In this document: piece after piece, positions 55,089-64,000 of the stretch
Layout: every line of letters starts with the position of its first letter
How positions within the stretch are numbered: position 1 is the stretch's first letter
From: Acidobacteriota bacterium
GTDB taxonomy: Bacteria; Acidobacteriota; Vicinamibacteria; Vicinamibacterales; SCN-69-37
Direction of reading: 5' to 3'
DNA length: 64,000 nt
Assembly: GCA_013203475.1 (NCBI GenBank)
Contig: JABMNV010000189.1
Location: 19,217 to 83,216 of the forward strand
The notes under the pieces: model-generated
The model's input: the letters and a program-made list of their open reading frames with translations, nothing else
What the model was told of the DNA's origin: nothing
Databases searched by the model: none
Made by a program: the position numbers and the translations under genes

Positions 55089-55970
55089 TTGGACGTTGAA
55101 CTCGCACTCGACATCAGAACCGAACTGGGTGAAGGCCCGCTGTGGGACGACCAACGACAGCGCCTGTTGTTTGTCGACATCATGCAGGGCCACGTGCATG
55201 AGTTCGATCCCGTGACGGGCGCTCATCGCACAGTCGCGTTCCCCTGGTCCGTTGGTGCGGTGGCGCTCTGCGCAGATGGTGGGTGGTTGCTCGCGGCTGC
55301 CGACGGGTTCTATCGCGCCGATCCGAACACGGGCGCGACGAGCCTGGTGGCGGCGGTGGAAGCAGCCTTGCCCGGCAACCGCATGAATGATGGCTACGTG
55401 GACTCGCGTGGTCGCTTCTGGGCCGGCACCATGGGGATGACCACGATAGGTATGAAAAAAGTGCGCAATGCCGGCACACTCTATCGCCTGGATTCTGACA
55501 CCTCGGTTCATGCGATGGTGACCGAGGTGTCCACGTCCAACGGGATCGACTGGAGCCTCGACAACCGAACGGCCTATTACATCGACACGCCAACCGGACG
55601 CGTCGATCAGTTCGACTTTGATCTGGACGCGGGCACAGTGTCCAACCGTCGCCCCTTTGCTGAGATCGCCCCAGACGATGGCTCCCCAGATGGCCTCATC
55701 GTTGATGCGGAAGGATTCGTCTGGGTCTGCCTGTGGCGAGGGAGTGCCGTACGTCGGTACGCACCTGACGGCCGGCTGGACATGGTCATTGCCATCCCTG
55801 CGGCGCAAACGACCAAGTGTGCCTTTGGTGGTCCTGATTTGGATGAGTTGTTCATTACTTCCGCGTGGATTGGATTGACCGACCAGGAACGCGCGGCCCA
55901 GCCTCTGGCCGGCGGTCTGTTTCGTTGTCGGCCCGGCGTCAAAGGCCGGGTACCGAACCGATGGTCATAA
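55089..55970 (+). CDS. SMP-30/gluconolactonase/LRE-family lactonase
   Basis: ELGEGPLWDDQRQRLLFVDI, NRMNDGYVDSRGRFWAGTM, SNGIDWS and PDGLIVDAEGFVWVC. The start is uncertain: TTG 55089 is the first candidate after the upstream stop. Confidence 0.8.
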   Translation: MDVELALDIRTELGEGPLWDDQRQRLLFVDIMQGHVHEFDPVTGAHRTVAFPWSVGAVALCADGGWLLAAADGFYRADPNTGATSLVAAVEAALPGNRMNDGYVDSRGRFWAGTMGMTTIGMKKVRNAGTLYRLDSDTSVHAMVTEVSTSNGIDWSLDNRTAYYIDTPTGRVDQFDFDLDAGTVSNRRPFAEIAPDDGSPDGLIVDAEGFVWVCLWRGSAVRRYAPDGRLDMVIAIPAAQTTKCAFGGPDLDELFITSAWIGLTDQERAAQPLAGGLFRCRPGVKGRVPNRWS

Positions 55971-56088
55971 CGCGCCTTATTGGGCGGTGAGCCGACGCGC
56001 ATGGTCGGCGGCGACCTGACGAAGGTCATCAGCCACCCGCACGCGGCGTTCCGGTGAGAAACACGACGTTGTATTGTTAATGAAACAA

Positions 56089-57597
56089 TTACTTGCTCGC
56101 CGTGGCCGATCGAATAAATGACACAAGGTCCTTCTTCAGGGCCGCGTGTGCCGACGGGCGGATGTACATCATGTGTCCGCCTTCGTAGTAGCCGTACGAC
56201 ACACGGTCGGTGATCTGGCGGTCATAGGCCAGGTGCGTGAGGTTGAACTCGGCGCCACCGACGTACGTGGCCATGTCGTAGTACCCACTCACCAACATCA
56301 ACTTCAGGAACGGATTAATTGCCATGGTTTGGCGCAGTGCGTCCGTGGTGTCCATGTAGCGGTTCTGGACGTAGGTCCATGGCCGCACGTCGCCCGACGT
56401 CGGATACCGCAAGTCTGAATCCCACTTCAGTTCGTTCTTGATGTAGTCCTGGAACATCGCCACGTAGGCGCCCTTGAGCGCCGTGTTCGACGGATCGAAT
56501 TCCTGACTCTCGCCGGCCGCATCCAGATCGAGGGCGGTAAACCGGCTGTCGAGTCGCCCGACGACCAGGCGCTGGTCGCGCAGCAGTTCTTTGCGGAACC
56601 GCCCAGAACTCACTCTGAGGTTCGCCGAGAGGATGAACTCGGACGACAAGCCGGTGAATTCCGCCAGCCGTCCCGCCATCACGCGGCGCTCCGCGTCAGT
56701 CAGCGTATTCCCTTTGGTGAGCGCCAGCATGTAGTCGCCCAGCGCGAAAACTTTGGCCTCAGCGACCACGTCCTTGAGCGCCTTTTGTTGCAGCTCAGGG
56801 CCGAGCTTCTTGTGATACCACGCCGTCGCCGCAAAGGTCTGGATCTGCACCGCCCAGGCGATGTCGTTGTTCGGTGCCGGGGACAACGTCTGGTACGTCA
56901 ACAGCGCAGACAACAGCACGACGCCATTCAGTTCGACGCCATGTCTGGCCTGCAGGTCCTGGGCGAGCCCACCAGACCGAATCGTCCCGTAGCTTTCGCC
57001 GATCAGGAATTTCGGCGACGGCCAACGGTTGTACGCCTTGAGATAGCCCGCGATGAAATCGCCAAACGCGGTGATGTCGCCGTCCTGACCATGGAACTGG
57101 GCATTGTCAGTGCCCGCCGTGGCACGGCTGTAGCCGGTGTCGATAGCGTCCACGAACACCAGGTCCGACTCGTCGATCAATGAGTTGGGATTGTCGACTA
57201 ACTGATACGGTGGCGCCGGCTGAAAGCCTTCGTCCGCCATCTTGACGACGCGCGGGGCAAAGGATCCCATGTGCAGCCACACTGACGCTGACCCCGGACC
57301 GCCGTTGAAGAGGAATGAGACCGGCCGCGTGGCCGGGTCTGCGTCGTCTCTGGTATACGCGACAAAGAACATGCGTGCCGCCACGTCTCCACCGACCGAC
57401 CGGATCGGAATCGTTCCCGCAGTGGCCGTGTAGGCAATGTCCTGACCACCAAGGCGCATTGTGTGTGACGTTGCGGATGCTGGCGTATCGTCGGCGGCTG
57501 CCACTTCGTGTCGCGCGGCCGGTGCTTGTTGCGCGGTGAGCGAGGGCACGAGCGCCGTGATTGCGACGACGGCGGCAGCGAAGAATCGTTTCATCAT
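56089..57597 (-). CDS. Secreted S10-family serine carboxypeptidase
   Basis: Signal peptide. FLFNGGPGSASVWLHMG and FLIGESYGT (nucleophile Ser), with a C-terminal GGHMMY. Confidence 0.85.
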   Translation of the reverse strand: MMKRFFAAAVVAITALVPSLTAQQAPAARHEVAAADDTPASATSHTMRLGGQDIAYTATAGTIPIRSVGGDVAARMFFVAYTRDDADPATRPVSFLFNGGPGSASVWLHMGSFAPRVVKMADEGFQPAPPYQLVDNPNSLIDESDLVFVDAIDTGYSRATAGTDNAQFHGQDGDITAFGDFIAGYLKAYNRWPSPKFLIGESYGTIRSGGLAQDLQARHGVELNGVVLLSALLTYQTLSPAPNNDIAWAVQIQTFAATAWYHKKLGPELQQKALKDVVAEAKVFALGDYMLALTKGNTLTDAERRVMAGRLAEFTGLSSEFILSANLRVSSGRFRKELLRDQRLVVGRLDSRFTALDLDAAGESQEFDPSNTALKGAYVAMFQDYIKNELKWDSDLRYPTSGDVRPWTYVQNRYMDTTDALRQTMAINPFLKLMLVSGYYDMATYVGGAEFNLTHLAYDRQITDRVSYGYYEGGHMMYIRPSAHAALKKDLVSFIRSATASK

Positions 57598-58571
57598 GGC
57601 GGGTCTCCTTGTGTTGATGGCGTGGTGTCGAGCGTGTTGCGAATCGCGGTGTAAAACGTCTCGCCGATGAGGCGAAGGCCTTCCTCGGTTGGATGGAGGT
57701 CGTCGGCGCCGACGTATCGATCGATGTCGGCATTCATCGCCGAGAAGACGTCAACCAGCGTGGCGCCTCGTCGATCGGCGAGCGACCGGATCTCGTCGTT
57801 GAACCGGGGAATCCTCTCGGCGTTGTCGCCGTACGCGCCGCCCGCTCTGGCGGGAGAGATCGTAGCCAGAAAGACCACGACGCCCTGGCTCTGGGCGAGG
57901 CGAACCATGTCGTCGAGGCCGTCGATGGCCCGCACCCGATCAGCCGAGGTTCCAGCGACATCGTTCGTCCCTTCCATCAGCAACAGAACTTGTGGACGCT
58001 CGGAGGACAGCAATTCCGCCAACCGACTGAGTCCGTCTGCGGCTCTCTCTCCGTTCACCCCCTGAGTACTCACGGTGAACGTCTGAGCGGTGTATCGAGC
58101 GCTCAGGAGCTCTCCGAGACGCTCGGTGTACGGCGGACACGTGGTTGGCGACAGGCCGCAGCGGCCGAACGTAATGCTGTCACCAAAGGCGAGAAACGAG
58201 GTCTTCGAGATGCGAGGTGCGATGGAAACGGTGACGTTGAAGTTGCACGTCGCCTGACGGACCAGCGCGTCTGTAGCCGTGCATGTCACAACCGTGGATC
58301 CAACCGGGAAGTTCGCGCCCGGCGCTGCGGAACACGTCACCGCAACCGGCGCCTGGCCGCCGCTGGCGGCCGGCACGGCAAACGTCACCGGCACAGACAG
58401 GCCATCGAGTGAGGCGGCCTGCACAGAGGCGGGGCACGACACCGCGGGCGCTGCCGGGGTCGGCGGCGCGGGCGTTGTGGGAGACGACGAGCCGCACGCG
58501 GCCATCGCCATCACGCTGATTGAGAGAAAAAGTCGTTGAAATGTCCGCACAATATGAATCCGCGCGGCCAA
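57594..58571 (-). CDS. Lipoprotein: HYR/Ig-like N-terminal domain plus SGNH hydrolase domain (paralog 2)
   Basis: Lipobox SVMAMAAC. VSCPASVQAASLDGLSVPVTFAVPAASGG...VVTCTATDALVRQATCNFNVTV. FLAFGDSITFG, LLMEGTND and DDLHPTEEG. Confidence 0.8.
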   Translation of the reverse strand: MAARIHIVRTFQRLFLSISVMAMAACGSSSPTTPAPPTPAAPAVSCPASVQAASLDGLSVPVTFAVPAASGGQAPVAVTCSAAPGANFPVGSTVVTCTATDALVRQATCNFNVTVSIAPRISKTSFLAFGDSITFGRCGLSPTTCPPYTERLGELLSARYTAQTFTVSTQGVNGERAADGLSRLAELLSSERPQVLLLMEGTNDVAGTSADRVRAIDGLDDMVRLAQSQGVVVFLATISPARAGGAYGDNAERIPRFNDEIRSLADRRGATLVDVFSAMNADIDRYVGADDLHPTEEGLRLIGETFYTAIRNTLDTTPSTQGDPP

Positions 58572-58579
58572 TTCTATAG

Positions 58580-59608
58580 TCAGTCGCGGCCCAGCGCCTC
58601 CCCAGTGGGCGTATTGTCGAGGGCGTTGCGAATCGCGGCGTAAAAAATCTCGCCCATCCGACGCAGTCCCTCCTCGGTGGGGTGGAGATTGTCGGCGCCG
58701 ATGAGGGAGGGAATATCCGTCACCATCGCCGCGTAGACATCGACGAGCGTGGCGCCACGGCTGGCAGCGATTGCCCGGATGCCGTCGTTGAAACTGGGGA
58801 TCAGGCCGGCCACCACATCGCGGTTCGGTGTGCCCGCCGGTGCGGGAGATCGCTGCGGCGGAATCGTGGCCAGAAACACGATCACACCTTGGGCCTGCGC
58901 CGCTGTCGCCATACGGTCGAGGGCGCCGAGGGCGTGCTGGAAGGTCAGCGTCGGCGTCAGTGCGCCAAAAAAGAGGTCGTTCGCGCCTTCCATCAGGAGA
59001 AGCACCTCGGGCGAGTACCGCGCGAGCTCACTCGGAAGCCGATCTTGCCCCGCCAACCGGCCCAGCGGAATCGCAATATCGTCAGCGGCAATTTCTCCAG
59101 GAATCCCTACGTTCGTGATCGTAAACGTCTGGCTCGCATACCTGGCTTCAAGCAATTCGCGCAGGCGGACGGTGTAGGGCGGACACTCCGCAGGCGCGAT
59201 GTTGCAGCGACCAAATGTCAGGCTGTCACCGAATGCCAGGAACTTGGTCTTCAGGATGCTCGGCCGCGTCGCCACCGTCACAGTGAAACTGCAGACACCC
59301 TGCCGCTGAAACCCATCAGTGGCGGTGCAGGTGACGATCGTCGAGCCGAGAGGAAAAGTCGCACCGGGCTGTGCCGTGCACGTGACCGCCGAGACCGGCG
59401 CCTCTCCGCCTACCGCGGTCGGTACCGTGAATGTGACCGGGAGCGCGGCGCCAGTGACTGACTCCACCGTGATTGAGGCAGGACAGGACAGCGCGGGAGA
59501 GTTGGCCTGGACCAACGGGCCTGTCGGCTTCGATCCGCAGCTCGCCACGGCCAACAGGCTCAGCAACACGAATATGCGACAGGTGCAACGGGTGGTAGGC
59601 AATGGCAC
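58580..59608 (-). CDS. Lipoprotein: HYR/Ig-like N-terminal domain plus SGNH hydrolase domain (paralog 1)
   Basis: Lipobox LLAVASC. LSCPASITVESVTGAALPVTFTVPTAVGG...IVTCTATDGFQRQGVCSFTVTV. FLAFGDSLTFG, LLMEGAND and DNLHPTEEG. Confidence 0.8.
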   Translation of the reverse strand: MPLPTTRCTCRIFVLLSLLAVASCGSKPTGPLVQANSPALSCPASITVESVTGAALPVTFTVPTAVGGEAPVSAVTCTAQPGATFPLGSTIVTCTATDGFQRQGVCSFTVTVATRPSILKTKFLAFGDSLTFGRCNIAPAECPPYTVRLRELLEARYASQTFTITNVGIPGEIAADDIAIPLGRLAGQDRLPSELARYSPEVLLLMEGANDLFFGALTPTLTFQHALGALDRMATAAQAQGVIVFLATIPPQRSPAPAGTPNRDVVAGLIPSFNDGIRAIAASRGATLVDVYAAMVTDIPSLIGADNLHPTEEGLRRMGEIFYAAIRNALDNTPTGEALGRD

Positions 59609-59617
59609 AGCAAACTA

Positions 59618-60229
59618 TCAAAGACGACGGTCATCGGCAACTGAGTTTACGTCCATCCAGTCACGCACAGCATCGATGACGAGCCCAGAGACCGGCTTGT
59701 TTCGGGTCGCGACCAGAGAGTGATCGCCGCGCTCAACGAGCGACAGCGTTGACGTGGGCAGCTCATCAATCAAGTCCCGCATCTCCTCGCGCGTGCCGAA
59801 CGGATCTCGGGTGCCGTGGAGAAACAACATGGGGACGCCAATCAGCGGCAAGTGCCGATCGCGCCGCTGTTCGGGCTTGCCGGGCGGATGCAGGGGATAG
59901 CCGAAGAAGATGAGACCGGTCGGGATGGGATCAAAGCCGCCCTTGGCAGCGACCTGTGAGGCAATTCGGCCACCCATTGACTTGCCGCCCGCATACATCG
60001 GGCCAGTCGTGGTCGCGGCCACCTGGGCCCACTGTTCGGCGAACGCAGCTTCAAGGACAGGGCCCTTGTCGGGCAGTCGGCGTCCGCTGAACATATAGGG
60101 GAAGTCGAATCTCACCACGCGCACACCGCGGGATTCAAGCGCGGACGCCACGTGACTCATCCACGGATGCGCTGAGCCGGCGCCCGCTCCATGGGCCAGG
60201 ACGAGTGTCGGGTCAGCCATCAGGGCCAT
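59618..60229 (-). CDS. Alpha/beta-fold hydrolase (KANL3/Tex30-like small hydrolase family)
   Basis: LVLAHGAGAGSAHPWM, nucleophile elbow GGKSMGGR, and LFLHGTRDPFG...GDHSL. Confidence 0.75.
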   Translation of the reverse strand: MALMADPTLVLAHGAGAGSAHPWMSHVASALESRGVRVVRFDFPYMFSGRRLPDKGPVLEAAFAEQWAQVAATTTGPMYAGGKSMGGRIASQVAAKGGFDPIPTGLIFFGYPLHPPGKPEQRRDRHLPLIGVPMLFLHGTRDPFGTREEMRDLIDELPTSTLSLVERGDHSLVATRNKPVSGLVIDAVRDWMDVNSVADDRRL

Positions 60230-60255
60230 AAGAATATCAGCCGTCGCAGGGCTGG

Positions 60256-60272
60256 TTGATTTATGGAATCAA
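60256..60272. promoter_or_regulatory. Palindrome upstream of the ArsR-family gene (candidate autoregulatory operator)
   Basis: ttgatt-tatgg-aatcaa (60256-60272), with the direct repeat gatttatgga at 60258-67 and 60281-90. The second copy contains the ATG. Confidence 0.3.
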
Positions 60273-60285
60273 TGAATGTAGATTT

Positions 60286-61227
60286 ATGGATGTGAAAGAA
60301 GCATCTGCCCTCATGCGCCTGCTTGGCGACGAAGCCCGTCTGCGACTCTTGCGACTGCTGGCTCGTGAGGCCCTGAACGTCACTGAACTCACGGCGGTGA
60401 TGGGGTTGGCCCAGTCCGGGGTCTCACGGCACCTGGGCCTCCTCAAAGAGGCCAAGCTCGTCACCGAGGAGCGATCCGGCAACTTCACCTGGTACCGACT
60501 GAATTCCGACGTGCAGGCTGACGCTGGCGCCTACACCACCGTCTGGCCCTGGCTCAGCGCCACGTTTGACGCCGCCACCGCAGCGACGCGTGCAGACGAT
60601 GCCAGGCTGGAGGAAGTGCGACGACTGCGGCGAGAGAACTTCGACCAGCACGGGGGAGGCGACGAACGCAGCCAACTCGTGCCGGGCCGGAGTTGGGTGG
60701 CCTGGTCCCGCGCGCTGGGCTTGCTCCTGCCGGCCGTCGACGTGGCCGACCTGGGATGCGGAAGTGGGTACCTGACGATCGAAGCGGCGCACTGGGCCCG
60801 TCGGGTCTACGCTGTCGATCGGTCTGCGGATGTCCTGGCCCGCGCCAAACAGATGGCTCTGCGCCGCAAGGTGAAGAACATCACCTGGAAGCGCGGCGAA
60901 CTGGAAAAAGTGCCACTGGCAGACGAGTCGATCGACATCGCCATCGCGTCGCAGGCACTGCACCACGCACAAGAGCCCGAGACGGCCTTGTCCGAAGCCC
61001 TGCGAATTTTGCGGCCTGGTGGCCGACTGCTGGTGCTTGACCTCAGACAACACGACGAAGCCTGGGTGCAAGACACGCTTGGCGACCAATGGCTCGGCTT
61101 CAGCGCAAGCCAACTCGAAGCGCTCATCACGGCCGCGGGTTTTGAGAAGGTGACCGTACGCAGCGGCACCAAGAAGGCCGGCGACCCATTCGTCGTCTTA
61201 ATCGCGGCAGGAACACGACCATCATGA
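60286..61227 (+). CDS. ArsR-family HTH regulator fused to a class I SAM-dependent methyltransferase domain
   Basis: [59 protein letters not shown] (ArsR wHTH), plus [12 protein letters not shown]...[11 protein letters not shown] (MTase motifs I and post-I). The stop overlaps the metH start (ATGA, 61224-27). Confidence 0.8.
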   Translation: MDVKEASALMRLLGDEARLRLLRLLAREALNVTELTAVMGLAQSGVSRHLGLLKEAKLVTEERSGNFTWYRLNSDVQADAGAYTTVWPWLSATFDAATAATRADDARLEEVRRLRRENFDQHGGGDERSQLVPGRSWVAWSRALGLLLPAVDVADLGCGSGYLTIEAAHWARRVYAVDRSADVLARAKQMALRRKVKNITWKRGELEKVPLADESIDIAIASQALHHAQEPETALSEALRILRPGGRLLVLDLRQHDEAWVQDTLGDQWLGFSASQLEALITAAGFEKVTVRSGTKKAGDPFVVLIAAGTRPS

Positions 61228-64000
61228 CCACACTCGATCAATTGTTACGGGAACGTATCCTCGTGCTCGACGGCGCGATGGGCACGATGATTCAGCGTCG
61301 CAAGCTGACTGAAGCAGATTTTCGTGGCACTCGTTTTGCCTCCCACCCGCAGGACCTCAGGGGTAATAACGACGTCCTCACGCTGACACGGCCCGACGTG
61401 ATCGGCGCTATCCATCGCGAATACCTCGAGGCCGGTGCCGACATTATCGAGACCAACACGTTCAGTTCGAACGTCGTGTCGCAGCGCGACTACGGCCTCG
61501 AGTCTGCGGTCTACGACCTGAATCTGGAAGGCGCGCGTTTGGCCCGTGAGGCGGCCGACGAACTGACGGCGACGAACCCGTCAAAGCCACGCTTGGTGGC
61601 CGGCTCCATCGGGCCCACCACCTGCACATTGTCAATCTCGCCAGACGTCAACAGTCCCGCCTACCGCGCGCTGACGTTTGATCAACTCAAGGCCGGCTAC
61701 CTGGACCAGATTCGCGGCCTGATCGACGGCGGTGTCGACTTCCTTCTGGTTGAGACGGTCATCGACACGCTGAGCGTGAAGGCCGCGATCGTGGCCATCG
61801 AGGAAATTCAGGAAGAAAAGGGCGTCCGCCTGCCGCTCATGATCTCGGTCACTGTGACGGACCGCAGTGGCCGGACATTGTCCGGGCAGACCATCGACGC
61901 GTTCTACGTGTCCATCGAACATGCCCGCCCCTGGTGTGTGGGCATCAACTGCGCGCTGGGCGCCGCCGACATGCGTCCCTATCTCGAGGAACTCTCGCGG
62001 CAGGCCGAGTGCTGGGTGCACGCGTATCCCAACGCCGGCCTCCCCAACGCCTTCGGTGAATACGACGAACAACCGGAAGAGACCGGTCGGCTGCTGCGCG
62101 ACTTCGCCCAGAGTGGTTTCGCCAATATTCTCGGCGGCTGTTGCGGCACCACGCCCGAACACATCAGGGCCATTGCGAAGGCGGTCGATGGGCTTGCGCC
62201 GCGGCCCCGTCCGGAGCCAGCGCCAGCCGGTCATCTGACCCGTCTGGCTGGCCTTGAGCCGTTGGTCATTCGTCCCGACAGCAACTTTCAGATGGTCGGA
62301 GAACGGACAAACGTCACCGGTTCGAAGAAGTTTGCCCGCCTGATCAAAGACGACAACTGGACCGAGGCCGCGGCTGTCGCCGTTGAACAGGTCCGCGGTG
62401 GCGCGAATCTGATCGACGTGAACATGGACGAGGGCATGCTCGACTCGGAGCAGGCGATGACCACGTTCCTGAACTACATCGCGACGGAACCGGAAATCGC
62501 CCGTGTGCCTATCATGATCGACAGTTCGAAGTGGTCGGTCATCCAGGCTGGACTTCGCTGCGTCCAGGGCAAGTCCGTCGTCAACTCCATCTCGTTGAAA
62601 GAAGGGGAGGCCGACTTTCTGGAGAAGGCCAAAATCGTCAAACGTTTCGGCGCGGCGGCGGTCGTCATGGCCTTTGACGAGACCGGACAGGCAGATACCA
62701 CTGCACGGAAGGTGGCGATCTGCCAGCGCGCCTACAAGATCCTGACCGAGCAGGCCGGCTTTGATCCGTCCGACATCATCTTCGACCCGAACATTCTGGC
62801 GATCGCGACGGGCCTGGAAGAACACAACCGTTACGCCATCAATTTCATCGAAGCCACGCGCATCATCAAAGAGACGTGTCCCGGCGTGAAGATCAGCGGC
62901 GGCGTGAGCAACCTGTCGTTCTCGTTTCGCGGCAACGACGTGGTCCGCGAGGCCATTCACTCGGCGTTTCTGTTCCACGCGATCAAGGCCGGCCTCGATA
63001 TGGGCATCGTCAATGCCGGCCAGTTGATTGTCTACGAGGACATTCCCGCCGACCTCCTTGCACACGTTGAAGACATCCTCTTCGACAGACGCCCCGACTC
63101 AACCGAGCGGATGGTGACCTTCGCCGAGAGCGTGAGGGGTTCGGGCACCAAGCGGGAAACCGATCTGAAGTGGCGCGAGCAGCCGGTCGACAAACGCCTG
63201 GCCTACGCGCTGGTTCACGGTGTGGTCGACTTCATCGAGGTCGATACCGAAGAAGCCAGACAAACCTTCGCGCGTCCGCTGGAGGTCATCGAGGGGCCGC
63301 TCATGGACGGCATGAAAATCGTCGGCGACCTGTTTGGGGCGGGCAAGATGTTCCTGCCCCAAGTGGTCAAGAGTGCCCGAGCGATGAAGCGCGCCGTGGC
63401 CTACCTTGAGCCCTATATGGAGGCCGAGAAGGCCGCACATGTGGCGGCGGGTCATACGCTCAAGGCCCAGGGACGGGTCCTGATGGCCACGGTCAAAGGC
63501 GACGTGCTCGACATCGGCAAGAACATCGTTGGCGTCGTTCTCGGTTGCAACAACTACGAAGTGGTGGACCTGGGCGTGATGGTGTCCACCGACAAGATTC
63601 TGTCGACTGCAGTTGAGAAGAAGGTTGACATCGTTGGTGTCAGCGGCCTGATCACCCCGTCACTGGACGAGATGGTGTTTGTGGCCAAGGAGATGGAACG
63701 ACGCGGCATGACCCTGCCTCTGCTCATTGGTGGAGCGACCACCAGCCGTCAACACACGGCTGTCAAGATTGCGCCTGAGTACTCGGGCCCGGTCGTGCAT
63801 GTGCTCGACGCCTCGCGCGCAGTGGGCGTGGTGTCGAGTCTACTCAGTGACAGCAAGCGCGACGAGTACATCGCCGCCGTTCGAGTGGACCAGGCGGAGC
63901 TCCGTGAGAAGTACGCCACGCGGTCTCAACGGGCGTTGCTGACGTATGAGGAGGCCAGCAACAATCCGCTGACGACCGACTGGGATGTGGCCGAAGTTCC
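61224..64000 (+). CDS. metH: Cobalamin-dependent methionine synthase MetH, 3'-partial (runs off the window); absent from the supplied ORF track
   Basis: [24 protein letters not shown]..., [10 protein letters not shown], Zn site GINCALG and [12 protein letters not shown], pterin domain [10 protein letters not shown]..., cap EWR-type region, and the B12 domain [33 protein letters not shown]...LLIGGATTS. The frame is open from 61224 to 64000. Confidence 0.9.
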   Translation, partial: MTTLDQLLRERILVLDGAMGTMIQRRKLTEADFRGTRFASHPQDLRGNNDVLTLTRPDVIGAIHREYLEAGADIIETNTFSSNVVSQRDYGLESAVYDLNLEGARLAREAADELTATNPSKPRLVAGSIGPTTCTLSISPDVNSPAYRALTFDQLKAGYLDQIRGLIDGGVDFLLVETVIDTLSVKAAIVAIEEIQEEKGVRLPLMISVTVTDRSGRTLSGQTIDAFYVSIEHARPWCVGINCALGAADMRPYLEELSRQAECWVHAYPNAGLPNAFGEYDEQPEETGRLLRDFAQSGFANILGGCCGTTPEHIRAIAKAVDGLAPRPRPEPAPAGHLTRLAGLEPLVIRPDSNFQMVGERTNVTGSKKFARLIKDDNWTEAAAVAVEQVRGGANLIDVNMDEGMLDSEQAMTTFLNYIATEPEIARVPIMIDSSKWSVIQAGLRCVQGKSVVNSISLKEGEADFLEKAKIVKRFGAAAVVMAFDETGQADTTARKVAICQRAYKILTEQAGFDPSDIIFDPNILAIATGLEEHNRYAINFIEATRIIKETCPGVKISGGVSNLSFSFRGNDVVREAIHSAFLFHAIKAGLDMGIVNAGQLIVYEDIPADLLAHVEDILFDRRPDSTERMVTFAESVRGSGTKRETDLKWREQPVDKRLAYALVHGVVDFIEVDTEEARQTFARPLEVIEGPLMDGMKIVGDLFGAGKMFLPQVVKSARAMKRAVAYLEPYMEAEKAAHVAAGHTLKAQGRVLMATVKGDVLDIGKNIVGVVLGCNNYEVVDLGVMVSTDKILSTAVEKKVDIVGVSGLITPSLDEMVFVAKEMERRGMTLPLLIGGATTSRQHTAVKIAPEYSGPVVHVLDASRAVGVVSSLLSDSKRDEYIAAVRVDQAELREKYATRSQRALLTYEEASNNPLTTDWDVAEV

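Noticed and set aside
60263-60293. 10-codon upstream mini-ORF ([10 protein letters not shown]) overlapping the ArsR-fusion start
   Set aside because: Too short to support as a feature without conservation or ribosome-profiling data. It is mentioned only inside the related finding.
61632-63065. 477-aa ORF on the minus strand, the longest listed ORF in this stretch
   Set aside because: It is antisense to an unmistakable metH reading frame and has Arg/Gly/Val-rich shadow-ORF composition with no motifs. The real gene (61224 to the window end) is missing from the track only because it has no stop inside the window.
1-64000. Genome-wide reassignment of TAG as a sense codon, to explain the in-frame ambers
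   Set aside because: TAG terminates several well-supported genes at their expected ends: 2804-06 (GT-C), 18017-19 (mazF), 21075-77, 24269-71 (ALDH) and 43620-22 (DUF1295). Any read-through would have to be local or partial. No pyl genes and no suppressor tRNA are visible here.

Overview
High-GC (roughly two-thirds G+C by eye) bacterial chromosomal window. Gene content suggests a soil Acidobacteriota-like organism: many secreted peptidases, CarboxypepD_reg proteins and GT-C membrane proteins. This taxon guess is inference only. I support about 55 intact CDS plus about 20 gene or IS remnants. I found no rRNA, tRNA or CRISPR by eye. Layout: (i) 1-2.8 kb, a GT2 plus GT-C glycosylation pair. (ii) 2.8-11.2 kb, an accessory patch with IS91, IS3 and IS630 elements, a DUF4143 ATPase and three generations of higBA. 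(iii) 11.3-17.2 kb, three large GT-C-like membrane proteins. (iv) 17.3-24.3 kb, RidA, mazEF, an S41 peptidase and an SDR/unknown/KGSA-dehydrogenase operon. (v) 24.3-33.5 kb, a decaying island with a multi-lesion CarboxypepD_reg pseudogene, IS debris, parDE, and a ~5.7 kb adhesin-like reading frame broken only by three in-frame TAG codons and one frameshift. (vi) 36.3-49.0 kb, a 13-gene photo-oxidative-stress supercluster (cfa, DUF1365, FAD oxidoreductase, desaturase, second cfa-like MTase, DUF1295, class II photolyase, CPBP, ybgA-like) headed by two MerR/B12 CarH/LitR-type regulators. (vii) 49-60 kb, secreted hydrolases (SGNH, M13, S10, tandem HYR-SGNH lipoproteins) and a sugar-acid module. 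(viii) 60.3-64.0 kb, an ArsR-methyltransferase fusion coupled to metH. metH is missing from the ORF track because it runs off the window. Observations most worth a second look: MetH carries Leu in place of the cobalt-ligating His of DxHxxG; the adhesin frame is interrupted only by amber codons; a 52-nt perfect ectopic copy of an internal ALDH gene segment is inserted in a neighbouring gene, and removing it with 7 flanking nt restores that gene's frame; the IS630 transposase is split by two compensating homopolymer frameshifts; and there are two CarH-type photoreceptor regulators. I could not run homology searches. All family calls rest on motifs I recognise in the translations.
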